This document shows positions 1-10,136 of a stretch of DNA of 16,151 bases, piece by piece. The DNA comes from Oculatellaceae cyanobacterium bins.114 (GTDB lineage: Bacteria; Cyanobacteriota; Cyanobacteriia; Elainellales; Elainellaceae), in assembly GCA_033764315.1 (NCBI GenBank), contig JANRJA010000223.1, positions 1 to 16,151 on the forward strand, given 5' to 3'. Made by a program: the position numbers and the translations under genes. How positions within the stretch are numbered: the stretch's first letter is position 1; each line of letters opens with the position of its first letter. The notes below the pieces were generated by a model, which saw only the letters and a list, made by a program, of their open reading frames with translations, was not told where the DNA came from and did no database searches.

Positions 1-9
1 CTACCGAAA

Positions 10-1722
10 TTAGCTGATCGAAATATTAAACGTGCCATTGGCAAAGCCATCAAACCCATCTGTCACACTAAAGCTAAATCGATCGGTTGGGGCAAATGTC
101 AACAAAAACACTTCACTATCAGTACCATCCGATCGATTCCATACGAAGTTTGTTCCAGAGATGCCAACGGCTCCATCCTGCACGTTGTCGTTTGTAATTT
201 GGCTTGTTACTCCCGTCGCACCATTGTAGAAGAATACATCCCCAAACTGTTGAGTGCTGTCATTGAGGCTGTTCATAATGACATTTGACCCCGAAATGCC
301 AAAGGCGATCGCATTGACATTGTCTGACGAAATTCTGCGGCTACTGGTGCCGTTGAAGAGAAATACTTCAGAGCGGCTGTTATTCACCAAGCTATTCCAT
401 ACGACATTAGAGCCTGAAATGCCACCGATCGGAGCCACATCGTCGATCGCATTGTTAGTCAGTTGGGTGGTTACTCCTGTTGAGCCGTTGTAAAAGAAAA
501 TTTCGTAATCATTGCCATCAAAGCTATTCCAGACCACATTTGAATCAGATATGCCAACCGCCGAATCTTTGCGATTGTTATTAGTCAGTGGAAATAACCG
601 ATTTGTTGCTCCTTCATAAAGAAATACCTCAGAGGCGGTAGTCGTTAACCCCTGGTTATCTAAATTGCTTGTAAACACCACGTTCGAGCCTGAGATGCCA
701 GTGGCAGCATCGTTACCTGTGTTATTGGTCAACCGTGTGCGGGTGTTGGTAGTGCCATTAAAAAACATTACCTCCAGATCTGAGCCATCAGAACTGTTCC
801 AGACAATGTTAGAACCTGAAATGCCTACTGGAAAGCTCAACTCAAAGTCTGGAAAAATGGTCATATTACTGAGGATAGTTCTTGTTATGCCTGTAATACC
901 GTTGTAAAAGAAGTTGCGAAAGTTGTTGGCAAACAAGACATTGCCACCTGAAACACCGGAGGCGATGTCGTCGGTTGTGTTGTTGGTGAGTAGAGTTATT
1001 TGACCTGTGGCGATGGTGTAGAGATAGACTTCAGAGTCGCCATCGGAGCCATTCCATACAACATGAGAGCTTGAGATGCCAGCAGCAAAGTCATCGGTTG
1101 TGTTGTTGGTGAGTTGTCGAGTCGTGCCTAAGTTGACATAACGGAGGCGATCGCTCTCGATGTCCGCTTGAGTAAACCGACTGCCCAGTGCCAGAGGCAC
1201 ACCATTTAGCTGTAACTGACCACTCTGGGGCAACCCCGTTAGCGTGTAAACCAGTTGCGTAGCCGGTTGTTGCGAGTCCGTTGCTCTGAGTAGAGTATTG
1301 CGAATGGGGGCAGTCCCCCTGGCAGATACCGTTAGCCCAGTGTTTGTGATCAACGTTGGAGCCGTGTTACCGGGTGGAATCAATCGCGCCGACAACACTA
1401 ACCTGAATCGAGTGCTGCCTCGCCCCTGCAAGTTGACCCGAACATAGTACGTTCCAGCCGCCAGAACTGAGGTAATAGACTCATTCTGGGTTCCAGTTAA
1501 GCGAGACTTGTTGATTACTCGTCCTCGCTGATTCAGCAGGTCTACATTGGCATTGGCTCGTAAGCCTGTCAACGATAAATCGAAACGACTGCGACGACTG
1601 AGACTCAGCCGGTAAAACTCAACCTTGTCCTGAGTCGTAACCACTCCTCTAAAAGCACGGGGTCGTTCAGTAATCGCCACTCTTCGTGCTGTTCTCAGGG
1701 TGTTTCCAAGATTAGCTGCCAT
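10..1722 (-). CDS. Probable extracellular repeat protein: N-terminal PPC (pre-peptidase C-terminal) domain, cadherin-like (Cadherin_3/CSPG-type) domain, and eight ~40-aa beta-propeller-like repeats
   Basis: 570-aa ORF. PPC-like motif 'LSLTGLRANANVDLL...ESITSVLAAGTYYVRV'. Cadherin-like 'NTAPTLITNTGLTV...LVYTLTGLPQSGQL...FTQADIESDRLRY' plus C-terminal 'DRFSFSVTDG'. Eight repeats of 'LTNN..DD...GISGSNVVW...E(V/I)F(L/F)YNG'. Confidence 0.75.
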   Translation of the reverse strand: MAANLGNTLRTARRVAITERPRAFRGVVTTQDKVEFYRLSLSRRSRFDLSLTGLRANANVDLLNQRGRVINKSRLTGTQNESITSVLAAGTYYVRVNLQGRGSTRFRLVLSARLIPPGNTAPTLITNTGLTVSARGTAPIRNTLLRATDSQQPATQLVYTLTGLPQSGQLQLNGVPLALGSRFTQADIESDRLRYVNLGTTRQLTNNTTDDFAAGISSSHVVWNGSDGDSEVYLYTIATGQITLLTNNTTDDIASGVSGGNVLFANNFRNFFYNGITGITRTILSNMTIFPDFELSFPVGISGSNIVWNSSDGSDLEVMFFNGTTNTRTRLTNNTGNDAATGISGSNVVFTSNLDNQGLTTTASEVFLYEGATNRLFPLTNNNRKDSAVGISDSNVVWNSFDGNDYEIFFYNGSTGVTTQLTNNAIDDVAPIGGISGSNVVWNSLVNNSRSEVFLFNGTSSRRISSDNVNAIAFGISGSNVIMNSLNDSTQQFGDVFFYNGATGVTSQITNDNVQDGAVGISGTNFVWNRSDGTDSEVFLLTFAPTDRFSFSVTDGFDGFANGTFNISIS

Positions 1723-1791
1723 AGATCAAACACCCGGTTGCAGTACAAAATTTCTGATATCAACCTTAACTAAGTTTTTTCTCTTCAGATA

Positions 1792-2490
1792 TTAAATATT
1801 TCCATACACGGGTACAGCGGCTCCTCGAATATCATGTGCTGCCTCTGATGCTAGGAAACAAATCACTCCCGCTAACGATTCAGCTTTGACCCACTGTGCC
1901 GCGTTTTCAGCCCCCATCGCAGCACGGTTTGCTGGGGTGTCAATAATACTGGGCAGCACCACATTGGCGGTGATATTGGTGCCTTTTGTCTCATCGGCGA
2001 TCGCCTTGGTCAACGCTACTACCCCTGCCTTTGACGCGCAGTAGGCTGCTAACTGTCCGCCTGGTTCCACAGCACCCCGTGACCCCACGGTGACAATGCG
2101 TCCATAGTTTTGCTCTAACATGCGGCGCAGGCTGTGTTTACAGACCAAAAAGGTGGTTTCTAGATTCAGCTGAAAGTCCTTTTGCCATTGTTCATAACTA
2201 TATTCATGGGTTTTGCCCATTGAGAATCCGCCTACCAGATGGATCAAGGCATCTACTCGCTCCATGCTGTCTATTAGCTGTTGCACCGAGGCTTCATCCG
2301 TCAGGTCGGTTGCCACAAATTTGAGGCGCACCCGATCTGCTGGAGAGATTCTGCCCTTGAGTCGTTCCACCTCTTGAGGGTTATGGTATGGAATGGTAAT
2401 AGACTCGACTTCTTGTGCCAGGACTATGGGAGTAACGCCTAAGCCTAACCCTCCTGTTCCACCTGTCAACAAAACCTGCTGCCCTTTCAT
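1792..2490 (-). CDS. Short-chain dehydrogenase/reductase (FabG-like SDR)
   Basis: Rossmann motif TGGTGGLG, catalytic YCASK (YxxxK), 'ANVVLPSIIDTPANR'. Start is likely MKGQQ at 2490; the ORF track extends to 2502. Confidence 0.9.
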   Translation of the reverse strand: MKGQQVLLTGGTGGLGLGVTPIVLAQEVESITIPYHNPQEVERLKGRISPADRVRLKFVATDLTDEASVQQLIDSMERVDALIHLVGGFSMGKTHEYSYEQWQKDFQLNLETTFLVCKHSLRRMLEQNYGRIVTVGSRGAVEPGGQLAAYCASKAGVVALTKAIADETKGTNITANVVLPSIIDTPANRAAMGAENAAQWVKAESLAGVICFLASEAAHDIRGAAVPVYGNI

Positions 2491-2583
2491 GCACATGTCC
2501 ATGTTTAGGAATACCAGTACGATTATTTCAGGTTATTGGGTAGAGAGGGAGCGTGCGATCTCGTTATCCCAGGCTTATATTAT

Positions 2584-2618
2584 TGACGATTGACCATTAA
2601 CACTTAACCATTGACATT
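2584..2618. repeat. STRR-type heptamer tandem repeat (5 units)
   Basis: tgacgat-tgaccat-taacact-taaccat-tgacatt, directly upstream of the VOC gene. Confidence 0.7.
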
Positions 2619-2622
2619 TTTT

Positions 2623-2988
2623 ATGAAACTCCTGCAATACCTCCATACGGCTGTTTTAGTGTCTGATTTAGAGAAAGCAGAGCACTTCTATGGCATGGTG
2701 CTGGGTTTACCCAAGGTCGATCGCGTGCTTAAGTTTCCGGGGGTGTGGTATCAGTTGGGAGATCTTCAAATTCACTTGATTGTGCAGGAGGGATTTGCCA
2801 ATCACCCGCCGCAACCTGATAAGTTGGGTCGCGATCGCCACCTAGCGTTTGCCGTCGAAAATCTCACAGCCGCAAAAGAAAGGCTTTTGGGTGAGGGATG
2901 TAAGGTGCAAATGAGTGCATCTGGTCGGGCTGCTCTGTTTACTCAAGACCCTGACGGCAATGTGATCGAGTTGAATGAAGTTATTTAA
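2623..2988 (+). CDS. VOC/glyoxalase family protein
   Basis: 'YLHTAVLVSDLEKAEHFY', 'QIHL', 'HLAFAVENL', 'QDPDGNVIEL' are typical VOC motifs. ATG at 2623 is preferred over TTG at 2611. Confidence 0.9.
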   Translation: MKLLQYLHTAVLVSDLEKAEHFYGMVLGLPKVDRVLKFPGVWYQLGDLQIHLIVQEGFANHPPQPDKLGRDRHLAFAVENLTAAKERLLGEGCKVQMSASGRAALFTQDPDGNVIELNEVI

Positions 2989-3116
2989 GGGTTACTTTAA
3001 TTCAGCCATTTGACGGATTTTTAAGATTTAACTTATTTTTTGTAATCATTACTATATCGATATAGATAGTTTGACTGTTAGAATCTTGGGGATCACTCTT
3101 CTCTAGGTTAGATTGC

Positions 3117-3470
3117 ATGGAATCAGCAGAGTCTGTACCACTCGAAGTCGTGCAGCAAGTCGCTGAATACTTCGGTGTATTAAGTGAACCGATGCGCTTG
3201 CGAATTTTGAACGTTCTCAGAGATGGTGAGAAGTGCGTTCAAGATTTGGTAGAAGAAACCGCTACCAGTCAAGCCAACGTGTCTAAGCACTTAAAGGTGA
3301 TGTTGCAGGCGGGCATTTTAACTCGCCGCTCCGTGGGTACGTCGGCTTACTACAGCGTAGAAGATGATCTCATTTTTGAGCTGTGTAAGTTGGTGTGCGA
3401 TCGCCTTGCTACCCGAATTGAGCAGCAAGCCCGTAGTTTTCGCTCCTTTAGCCTCGCCAGCAAGCCTTAG
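3117..3470 (+). CDS. ArsR/SmtB family transcriptional regulator
   Basis: 'FGVLSEPMRLRIL...EKCVQDL...SQANVSKHLKVM..AGI..RR..G....Y' is an ArsR winged helix. Confidence 0.92.
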   Translation: MESAESVPLEVVQQVAEYFGVLSEPMRLRILNVLRDGEKCVQDLVEETATSQANVSKHLKVMLQAGILTRRSVGTSAYYSVEDDLIFELCKLVCDRLATRIEQQARSFRSFSLASKP

Positions 3471-3501
3471 AACCAGTATTCTCTAGGGCAACCCACCAGC
3501 A

Positions 3502-4323
3502 TTATTCTCGCAATAGTGGCGAGTTTGGATCAATGCGGACAAATGCAGCGATGTGGAGCACTCCCCCTTCTGGGGTAATCGCCAGTTCATCTGGCTCCAT
3601 CTCAAACTGCAACACTCGCACGAAAACACCGTCGGCTTCTAACCGTTGTAGATCAAGGCGACGGTTTAAACCCGCCGCGAGTCGTTGAGTTAGCTGGCTG
3701 GGGTTGGCTTCATCGTTCACCTGAATGACCAGATTGGTCAGTTGCAGTCGTCGCCCCCCAACAACCTCTAGCCCTGACTCAACTAAGAGCCGCAGTTCTT
3801 GATGGGTCTGCTGTTGTCGCAACGTGGCTTGAAACCGCACCCGTTCTCCCTGCAAGAAATCAATTTGTGGGTTCACAATGTCGTAACGTCTCAACTCTGC
3901 CTCAGAGCCACCCACTGCATCCAGGCTCAAGTTTCGTAGTTGTTCCACTATTCTTGGCGATCGCAATGCCTGGTTTAGATCATCGCGGTTGAGTACCAAT
4001 CGCACTCCTGCTTGCAAGGGCTTTTCTAGGGCAGGTTCTCCTCCACGCAACTGACCTGGATCAATAGAAATGGGGTCAGTCTCCACTTCAAATGTATCAA
4101 TCCGCATTCCCTCGACCGGAAATACTCCCCGCAAAGCAATGCGAACCTGATCGACCTGACCCTGGGCGATTTGATAACTGGGGGTGTTGTCGATGCGAAC
4201 CTGTACCTCTTCGGCGTCATAGAGGCGATCGCGAATGGCATCTTCGGCGACGCGATCGAGGACAAAGCCTGCTGGAGTAATAATCCCAATCAAGCTCGAT
4301 AACAAAATGGTGATAAATTCCAT
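3502..4323 (-). CDS. DUF2993 / LmeA-like lipid-binding family protein
   Basis: Hydrophobic N-terminus, 'VQVRIDNTPSYQIAQGQVDQVRIA.RG', 'AGVRLVL..DDLNQALRSP'. Recalled as the cyanobacterial DUF2993 family. Confidence 0.75.
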   Translation of the reverse strand: MEFITILLSSLIGIITPAGFVLDRVAEDAIRDRLYDAEEVQVRIDNTPSYQIAQGQVDQVRIALRGVFPVEGMRIDTFEVETDPISIDPGQLRGGEPALEKPLQAGVRLVLNRDDLNQALRSPRIVEQLRNLSLDAVGGSEAELRRYDIVNPQIDFLQGERVRFQATLRQQQTHQELRLLVESGLEVVGGRRLQLTNLVIQVNDEANPSQLTQRLAAGLNRRLDLQRLEADGVFVRVLQFEMEPDELAITPEGGVLHIAAFVRIDPNSPLLRE

Positions 4324-4377
4324 AGGCTAGTTAGGTAAACCCCTTTAACACTGATGAAGATGGCGATCGCCTTACAT

Positions 4378-4648
4378 TAACCTGAGTTCGGGATCAGGAT
4401 TTTGGCGGTTGAAACCGCTGCTATACGAGCAAAACTAACCTGACACCGATTTGAAAAGTGTTGTAGACACATTTAGCGTTAGGCAGTAGTTTGGCACTGC
4501 CAAACCCAAACAAGCATTTGCCCCATTTTTAATTCAAATTGGTGTGAGTCGGTTCAGTAAACCTTTGATTTTGGTAGTCCGCGGAGGCGGACTTCGCTCT
4601 GGTAGCCGCGAATTTATTCGCTGGGCTGCTTAAACCGAACTGACGTTA
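4378..4648. repeat. Nested small dispersed repeat / MITE-like composite element
   Basis: Outer inverted repeat taacctgagttcgg (4378-4391) / ccgaactgacgtta (4635-4648), 12/14 match. Inner inverted repeat ctgacaccgatttgaa (4440-4455) / ttcaaattggtgtgag (4533-4548), 14/16 match. Central palindrome gtttggca-c-tgccaaac (4489-4505). Further hairpins gcggttgaaaccgc and gtccgcggaggcggac. Confidence 0.75.
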
Positions 4649-4885
4649 CTGGCTCATAGCTAGGACTTCGCGCAAGATGGCAAGATCTAAACCCGCTAAA
4701 ATCTGCGATTGAGTAATGCGCTGACTGCCATTACGAGTGATTTGAAAAGCAATAAGCGGTAATCCAGAGATTAGTTTGAGGTGGGGCTTGCAGTTGCATA
4801 ACTTTAGTAGAACTAGAAGGTCATGAGTCAGGATGACGCATTCAGATTAGAGACTTTAGAAAAGTTTCACCCGAATGCATCACTC

Positions 4886-6697
4886 CTACACATTGTTCAA
4901 GGCATCCGTTACCCACTGTTTCAGTGTAGATACTACCTCTTCCAGAGCAATCTCTTGCGACTCGTGGTTGGCGCGTTTCACCACTTCAACTTTGCCCTGC
5001 TGGAGCGATCGCCCCGTCACCACGCGATAGGGAATGCCCACCAGATCGGCATCTTTGAATTTCACCCCAGCCCGTTCGTCGCGATCGTCTAACAGAGTTT
5101 CAATGCCAGCTTGATTTAACTCAGTGTAGAGTTTTTCAGCCGCCGCGACTTGTGCTGCATCGCTGACATTAGGAATCACCACAATCGCATGATAGGGGGC
5201 GATCGCCGGATGCCAGACAATACCGTCTTTATCATAGGATTGCTCTACGGCGGATTGGGCTAACCGGGAAACACCCACGCCATAACAGCCCATCACTAGG
5301 GGTTTCTCTTCGCCTTGTTCGTTGGTGAAGGTAGCTCCTAATGCAGCGGAATATTTAGTACCCAATTGGAAGATGTGACCGACTTCAATGCCTCGTGCGC
5401 TTTGTAGTACCTGGTTAGGGTCGTGGATGGCGCGATCGCCCGGTCTGGCTTTACGGACATCTACCACATCAGCGGGCAGAGGATATTGCGTGCCCCAGTT
5501 GGCTCCAACGACGTGATAGCCCGATTCATTCGACCCGGTGACGAAGTTTTTTAAGTCAACGGCGGTTTTATCGACTAGCCGTAAGAACTTGGGATGCAAT
5601 TTGTCTTGCTTGCTAATATAGTCATCCTCTAAACCAGGAGAGATATAGCCCAACGGCAAAGGTTTGGTTGCCCATTTTGCTTGCGCTTCGGCATCGGGTA
5701 CGGTCAGAGCTAACAAAGTTTTGCCACCAAAACGATTGCCTGCCTTGACGAGTTCGTTCGTGAGTTTGACCTCGTTGACATCTTGATCGCCGCGAATGTT
5801 GACCAACACCAACACATTCACGCCATTGTCATAAGTGGCTTGATACAACACGTTCTTGACAATTTGGGTGGGCAAACACTTGAGAAACTTCGCCAGCGTA
5901 TCAATCGTGGGTGTATTGGGAGTATCGAGCTTCTCAAACGTTGTAAAGGAGGAGGGTTCTGCATCGAGTGGCAGGGACACCGCTTTTTCAGTATTGGCAG
6001 AATAGTTGCCATCTTTGGTGTAGAGCACTTCGTCTTCACCAGCGTCTGCTAACACCATAAACTCCTGAGAGCCAGAGCCACCGATCGCCCCAGAGTCAGC
6101 TTCAACAGGCAAAAACCGCAAACCACAACGGGTAAACATGCGGCGATAGGCTCGATCCATATAGGCATAGGTTTCTTTTAAGCTAGCTTCGTTGACATGA
6201 AACGAATAGCCATCTTTCATGATGAACTCGCGCCCCCGCATTAACCCAAACCGCGATCGAATCTCATCGCGAAACTTCGTTTGGATTTGGTAGAGGTGCA
6301 ATGGCAATTGACGATAGGAACGAACCATGTCACGGGCGATCGCCGTGATTACTTCTTCGTGGGTTGGCCCCAAGCTCATCTCACGCTGTTGGCGATCGAC
6401 CAGCGCAAACATAATGCCTTCGGCTTTTGTGTAGGTGTCCCATCGGCCTGACTCTTTCCACAGTTCCGAGGGTTGCAGAGCAGGCAACAAGACTTCTTGA
6501 GCACCCGTGGCGTTCATCTCCTCGCGTACAATCTGCGAGACTTTTTGCAACACGCGCCACATCAGCGGCAGGTAGGCATACACTCCACTGGCAATACGCC
6601 GAATATAGCCCGCTCGCAACAACAGCTTGTGGCTGGGAATCTCAGCCTCCACTGGGTCTTCTCGCAGTGTCACAAACAGCATTTGGGACAATCGCAT
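4886..6697 (-). CDS. proS: Proline--tRNA ligase (bacterial type with INS editing domain)
   Basis: 'MRLSQM...[16 protein letters not shown]', '[10 protein letters not shown]', '[26 protein letters not shown]', '[15 protein letters not shown]', 'MGCYG.GVSR', anticodon-binding '[21 protein letters not shown]'. Confidence 0.99.
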   Translation of the reverse strand: MRLSQMLFVTLREDPVEAEIPSHKLLLRAGYIRRIASGVYAYLPLMWRVLQKVSQIVREEMNATGAQEVLLPALQPSELWKESGRWDTYTKAEGIMFALVDRQQREMSLGPTHEEVITAIARDMVRSYRQLPLHLYQIQTKFRDEIRSRFGLMRGREFIMKDGYSFHVNEASLKETYAYMDRAYRRMFTRCGLRFLPVEADSGAIGGSGSQEFMVLADAGEDEVLYTKDGNYSANTEKAVSLPLDAEPSSFTTFEKLDTPNTPTIDTLAKFLKCLPTQIVKNVLYQATYDNGVNVLVLVNIRGDQDVNEVKLTNELVKAGNRFGGKTLLALTVPDAEAQAKWATKPLPLGYISPGLEDDYISKQDKLHPKFLRLVDKTAVDLKNFVTGSNESGYHVVGANWGTQYPLPADVVDVRKARPGDRAIHDPNQVLQSARGIEVGHIFQLGTKYSAALGATFTNEQGEEKPLVMGCYGVGVSRLAQSAVEQSYDKDGIVWHPAIAPYHAIVVIPNVSDAAQVAAAEKLYTELNQAGIETLLDDRDERAGVKFKDADLVGIPYRVVTGRSLQQGKVEVVKRANHESQEIALEEVVSTLKQWVTDALNNV

Positions 6698-6842
6698 TGC
6701 TCAGTCTTCCTTTCCGTCTGGGTGTTTGTTATCTAAGTCTAGAGCAATTCAACTTCCATAGCGTTTTTTAGAGAGTAGGGAGTAAGAGTGGGACGTAGAG
6801 AGCAGGCAATCATGCTTCCCCGTTTCCCCTCCCTAATTTTCT

Positions 6843-6887
6843 TTGCAAGGTATAGATTTCTTGCAATGCATAGATTTATGTGCATTG
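6843..6887. promoter_or_regulatory. Two overlapping 7-10-7 inverted repeats in the divergent proS/ndhD2 promoter region (candidate operator)
   Basis: ttgcaag-N10-cttgcaa (6843-6866) and caatgca-N10-tgcattg (6864-6887). Direct repeat ATAGATTT at 6852 and 6870. Confidence 0.4.
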
Positions 6888-7000
6888 ATACTCAAGCAAA
6901 AGAAATATAACAATTCCTTCACAATCTCCAGTAAAATAAACTCATTGGCATAGGTATTTATTCTTATCGCTCTTTTCGCTCCCTACAGATTCTTACCGCT

Positions 7001-8704
7001 ATGATGACAGACCAATTTCCTTGGCTGACTACGATTGTTCTACTGCCGCTTCTTGCTTCCCTGTTTATTCCGTTGCTGCCCAATAAGACTGGCAAAGTTG
7101 TGCGGTGGTATGCCCTTGCCGTAGGCATCGCAGACTTCGTTTTAATGTGCTACACATTTTGGATGCATTACGACATGAGTAGTGCAACGTTCCAGTTGGT
7201 AGAACAGGTGGCTTGGATGCCGCAGATAGGCATGAGTTGGACAGTCTCGGTGGATGGTATTTCGGCTCCATTAGTATTATTGGCTGGGCTGGTCACAACG
7301 CTTTCCATGTTGGCTGCGTGGCGGGTCGATCGCAGACCTCGCTTGTTCTTTGCCTTAATGCTGGTGCTCTATGCTGCCCAGATCGGAGTCTTCGTGGCTC
7401 AAGACTTGCTGTTGTTCTTCATCATGTGGGAGATCGAGCTAGTTCCGGTTTATCTGCTCGTGTCTATTTGGGGTGGACAAAATCGTCGCTATGCGGCTAC
7501 TAAATTCTTGATGTATACTGCCGCTGCTTCTATCTTCATTTTGATCGCGGCACTGGCAATGGCTTTCTATGGAGATGTAACGACCTTTGATATTGCAGCA
7601 CTCCAGTTGAAGAACTTTCCTCTCGTCCTTGAACTGCTTCTCTATGCTGGTTTACTGGTTGCATTTGGGGTCAAGCTAGCGATCTTCCCCTTCCACACCT
7701 GGTTGCCAGATGCCCACGGTGAAGCATCCTCTCCTGTGTCGATGATATTGGCAGGGGTGTTATTGAAAATGGGCGGTTATGGGCTGATTCGTCTCAACAT
7801 GGAATTGTTGCCCCATGCTCATGTTTACTTTGCTCCAATCTTGGCAATTTTGGGTGTGGTGAACATCGTCTACGGTGCACTCAATTCTTTTGCCCAGACT
7901 AATATGAAGCGTCGCCTCGCGTATTCGTCGATCTCACACATGGGCTTTGTCCTGTTAGGGCTTGCCTCCTACAGTGATATCGGGGTTAGCGGTGCGATGT
8001 TGCAAATGCTGTCGCACGGTCTGATTGCATCCGTTCTGTTCTTCTTGGCTGGTGTAACCTACGATCGCACCCATACAATGATGATGAATCAAATGGGTGG
8101 AATCGGTCAGGCATTGCCCAAAGTGTTTGCACTGTTTACGATCGCCGCGATGGCATCTCTGGCATTGCCGGGTATGAGTGGGTTTGCCAGTGAAATCTCG
8201 GTCTTTGTGGGTCTAACGACCACCGATGTCTACAGTTCCACCTTCCGCACGGTCACCATCTTCTTGTCAGCAGTAGGGCTAATTATCACACCGATCTATC
8301 TGCTTTCGATGCTGAGAGAAGTGTTTTATGGATCGGGTGCAGAGTTGGTCTGTGATGTTATGCCGTCTTGTGACCTAAACGATGCGGATTTGAAAAATCA
8401 AGGGAATGAGGAAGCCGCTTGCTTTGGCACGAATTGTGAACTGCCTGTGAATGCCAAATTTGAAGATGCAACTCCGCGTGAAGTGTTTATCGCCGCTTGT
8501 TTTCTGGGGTTAATCATCGCGATCGGGTTTTATCCTAAGCTGGCAACGCAGATGTATGATTCCACTACTGTTGCGCTCAATAGCCAAGTGCGGTCATCTT
8601 ACTTTCAAGTGGCAGAGAGCAATCCTCAAATCTATGCCTGGAGCTTTGGCAAATCAACTCTCGCGGAGTCAAAGCCTTCTCCAGTTTTAGGGATTGTTGA
8701 ATAG
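7001..8704 (+). CDS. ndhD2: NAD(P)H-quinone oxidoreductase (NDH-1) subunit 4, NdhD2-type
   Basis: '[10 protein letters not shown]', '[15 protein letters not shown]', '[19 protein letters not shown]', '[11 protein letters not shown]', '[15 protein letters not shown]'. The Cys-containing insert '[12 protein letters not shown]' and tail 'VRSSY.Q.AE.NP..YA' match my recollection of the NdhD2 paralogue. Confidence 0.93.
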   Translation: MMTDQFPWLTTIVLLPLLASLFIPLLPNKTGKVVRWYALAVGIADFVLMCYTFWMHYDMSSATFQLVEQVAWMPQIGMSWTVSVDGISAPLVLLAGLVTTLSMLAAWRVDRRPRLFFALMLVLYAAQIGVFVAQDLLLFFIMWEIELVPVYLLVSIWGGQNRRYAATKFLMYTAAASIFILIAALAMAFYGDVTTFDIAALQLKNFPLVLELLLYAGLLVAFGVKLAIFPFHTWLPDAHGEASSPVSMILAGVLLKMGGYGLIRLNMELLPHAHVYFAPILAILGVVNIVYGALNSFAQTNMKRRLAYSSISHMGFVLLGLASYSDIGVSGAMLQMLSHGLIASVLFFLAGVTYDRTHTMMMNQMGGIGQALPKVFALFTIAAMASLALPGMSGFASEISVFVGLTTTDVYSSTFRTVTIFLSAVGLIITPIYLLSMLREVFYGSGAELVCDVMPSCDLNDADLKNQGNEEAACFGTNCELPVNAKFEDATPREVFIAACFLGLIIAIGFYPKLATQMYDSTTVALNSQVRSSYFQVAESNPQIYAWSFGKSTLAESKPSPVLGIVE

Positions 8705-8744
8705 TCAGGTGACACTACCGAACCATTCATTAGCTTAGGTTCTT

Positions 8745-8774
8745 AATCCCTGGTTTTTTAAAAAACCAGGGATT
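8745..8774. terminator. Perfect 30-bp palindrome downstream of ndhD2 (terminator or REP-like hairpin)
   Basis: aatccctggtttttt|aaaaaaccagggatt, 40 nt after the ndhD2 stop. Confidence 0.65.
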
Positions 8775-8907
8775 TGATGTTTACTCCCCCTGGTAGTGGT
8801 GATATTCCAAGTGACAGGGGTATGGGTTCTAAAGCAATACTGCTCGATTTAAGCCGATTTTCAGAGCAGTCAAAGCCATTCAGCTATCCATTAAGGCACT
8901 ACAAGTT

Positions 8908-9123
8908 ATGGCAATTTCTAAAACAGAGGCAAAGCAGTTGTTAGAGCGGCTTATTTTTGATGAGTCGAGTGCAGCGGAGTGGGCGCAAGATGTGTGGGAA
9001 TTAAACCCAGCCTTGGGGGATAATGCCGCAAAACTCATTGATGTTTTTGATGCACTCGTTGAAAGCTGTGCTGAAGAGAAGTTGGAGAATTTGTTGCAGG
9101 GGTTTTATCAGCAGTTTATGTAG
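8908..9123 (+). CDS. Small acidic helical hypothetical protein (71 aa)
   Basis: Clean ORF filling the intergenic gap, with protein-like amphipathic helices ('EAKQLLERLIF...WAQDVW.L.P.LG..AAKL..VF..L'). Confidence 0.75.
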   Translation: MAISKTEAKQLLERLIFDESSAAEWAQDVWELNPALGDNAAKLIDVFDALVESCAEEKLENLLQGFYQQFM

Positions 9124-9199
9124 ATAATTTTCCTTGTCTCCAATCCCTTTCTTTAAAGCAAAATTCGATCCAACTGCACTTAATAGTTGAGGGTAGCGT

Positions 9200-9775
9200 T
9201 TATAGAAATATCTGAGCTATTGAGACGCTGAATCCTGGAAGCAAAGGGGATGTGAGACTATCCTCACTGAAGAGAGTTGCAGCCAGTTGCAATTGAGCAT
9301 CAGCACGACGATAAACCTCTAGCGATCGCAGTTGCCAGTTGACAATCCAGTATTCTTGAACTCCATGCAGGGAATACAGTTTGAGTTTGACTTCCTTATC
9401 TCGCTGTTCGTTTAGTTCTCCAGGTGAGAGCACTTCAACCATCAACTCAGGAGCAACGATCAGGTGTCCTAATTCGTCAATGCCGTTGGTCAACCTTTCT
9501 CGGCTAACCCAAACGACATCTGGGATCACTGCATCGGTAGGGGTAAAAATTACGCCCGGAGATTGGAAAGCACTTCCTGCACCACTCATTTCTGACCAAA
9601 TTTCTAGACGAACGTGCAGTTTACCTGCTGCGCCTTGATGGCGAATGTGGGGAGCACGAGTCACAAACAACTCTCCATCAATAATTTCATAGCGTTTCCA
9701 ACCGCCATCGTCAGGCATCGCATCGAGATCACGAGTTGTCCATCGAATCGATTTGGAAACCATAGGATTGATCAT
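9200..9775 (-). CDS. Uma2 family (DUF820) PD-(D/E)xK endonuclease-like protein
   Basis: 'RYEIIDGEL', 'PHIRHQ', 'VIPDVVW', 'APELMVEVLSP', 'KLKLY..HGVQEYWIV', 'SPLLPGF'. Start is uncertain (9763, 9775 or 9805). Confidence 0.93.
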   Translation of the reverse strand: MINPMVSKSIRWTTRDLDAMPDDGGWKRYEIIDGELFVTRAPHIRHQGAAGKLHVRLEIWSEMSGAGSAFQSPGVIFTPTDAVIPDVVWVSRERLTNGIDELGHLIVAPELMVEVLSPGELNEQRDKEVKLKLYSLHGVQEYWIVNWQLRSLEVYRRADAQLQLAATLFSEDSLTSPLLPGFSVSIAQIFL

Positions 9776-10136
9776 TGAACCTGTTTTTAGTGTAAGCGAT
9801 CGCATTGGATCACGATGGCCCTGGTTAGTTCTACAATTGGCTGAGACGGAGCCGAGTTTAGAAGTAGAACGATGTGATGTTTAGCGGTAAGTCTCCTGAA
9901 GAATGAAGAACAATGCGCCTCACGGGAGAGCTATCACATCAAAGGTTCTGATCAGAAGATAGTGTTTGGAAACCAAAGTATTCAATTCTTTGTAAAAATC
10001 AGTTTTAGTTACATAATTCATTCTGTCATTAATAAATGAAACACAAAGTTTTACTCTTTAAACCAAATGATCGCTTCAAACTTCTGCAATTTCAGTCTAA
10101 TCTGTATTAAAACGATATTTGTCTTAGTACAGATGA

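Noticed and set aside
32-907. Three plus-strand ORFs with repeated 'EPEMP' motifs
   Set aside because: Antisense shadows of the GISGS repeats in the 10..1722 gene.
4660-4808. Possible second MITE (ctaggacttcgcgca ... tgcataactttag)
   Set aside because: The terminal match is too degenerate to support from this window alone.
6771-6834. Purine-rich gggagta-like repeats followed by a C-rich tract
   Set aside because: Probably a degenerate STRR or hairpin; the units are too irregular to define.
4026-7503. Short alternative ORFs overlapping the DUF2993 gene, proS and ndhD2
   Set aside because: They overlap well-supported genes in other frames or strands and carry no recognisable motifs.
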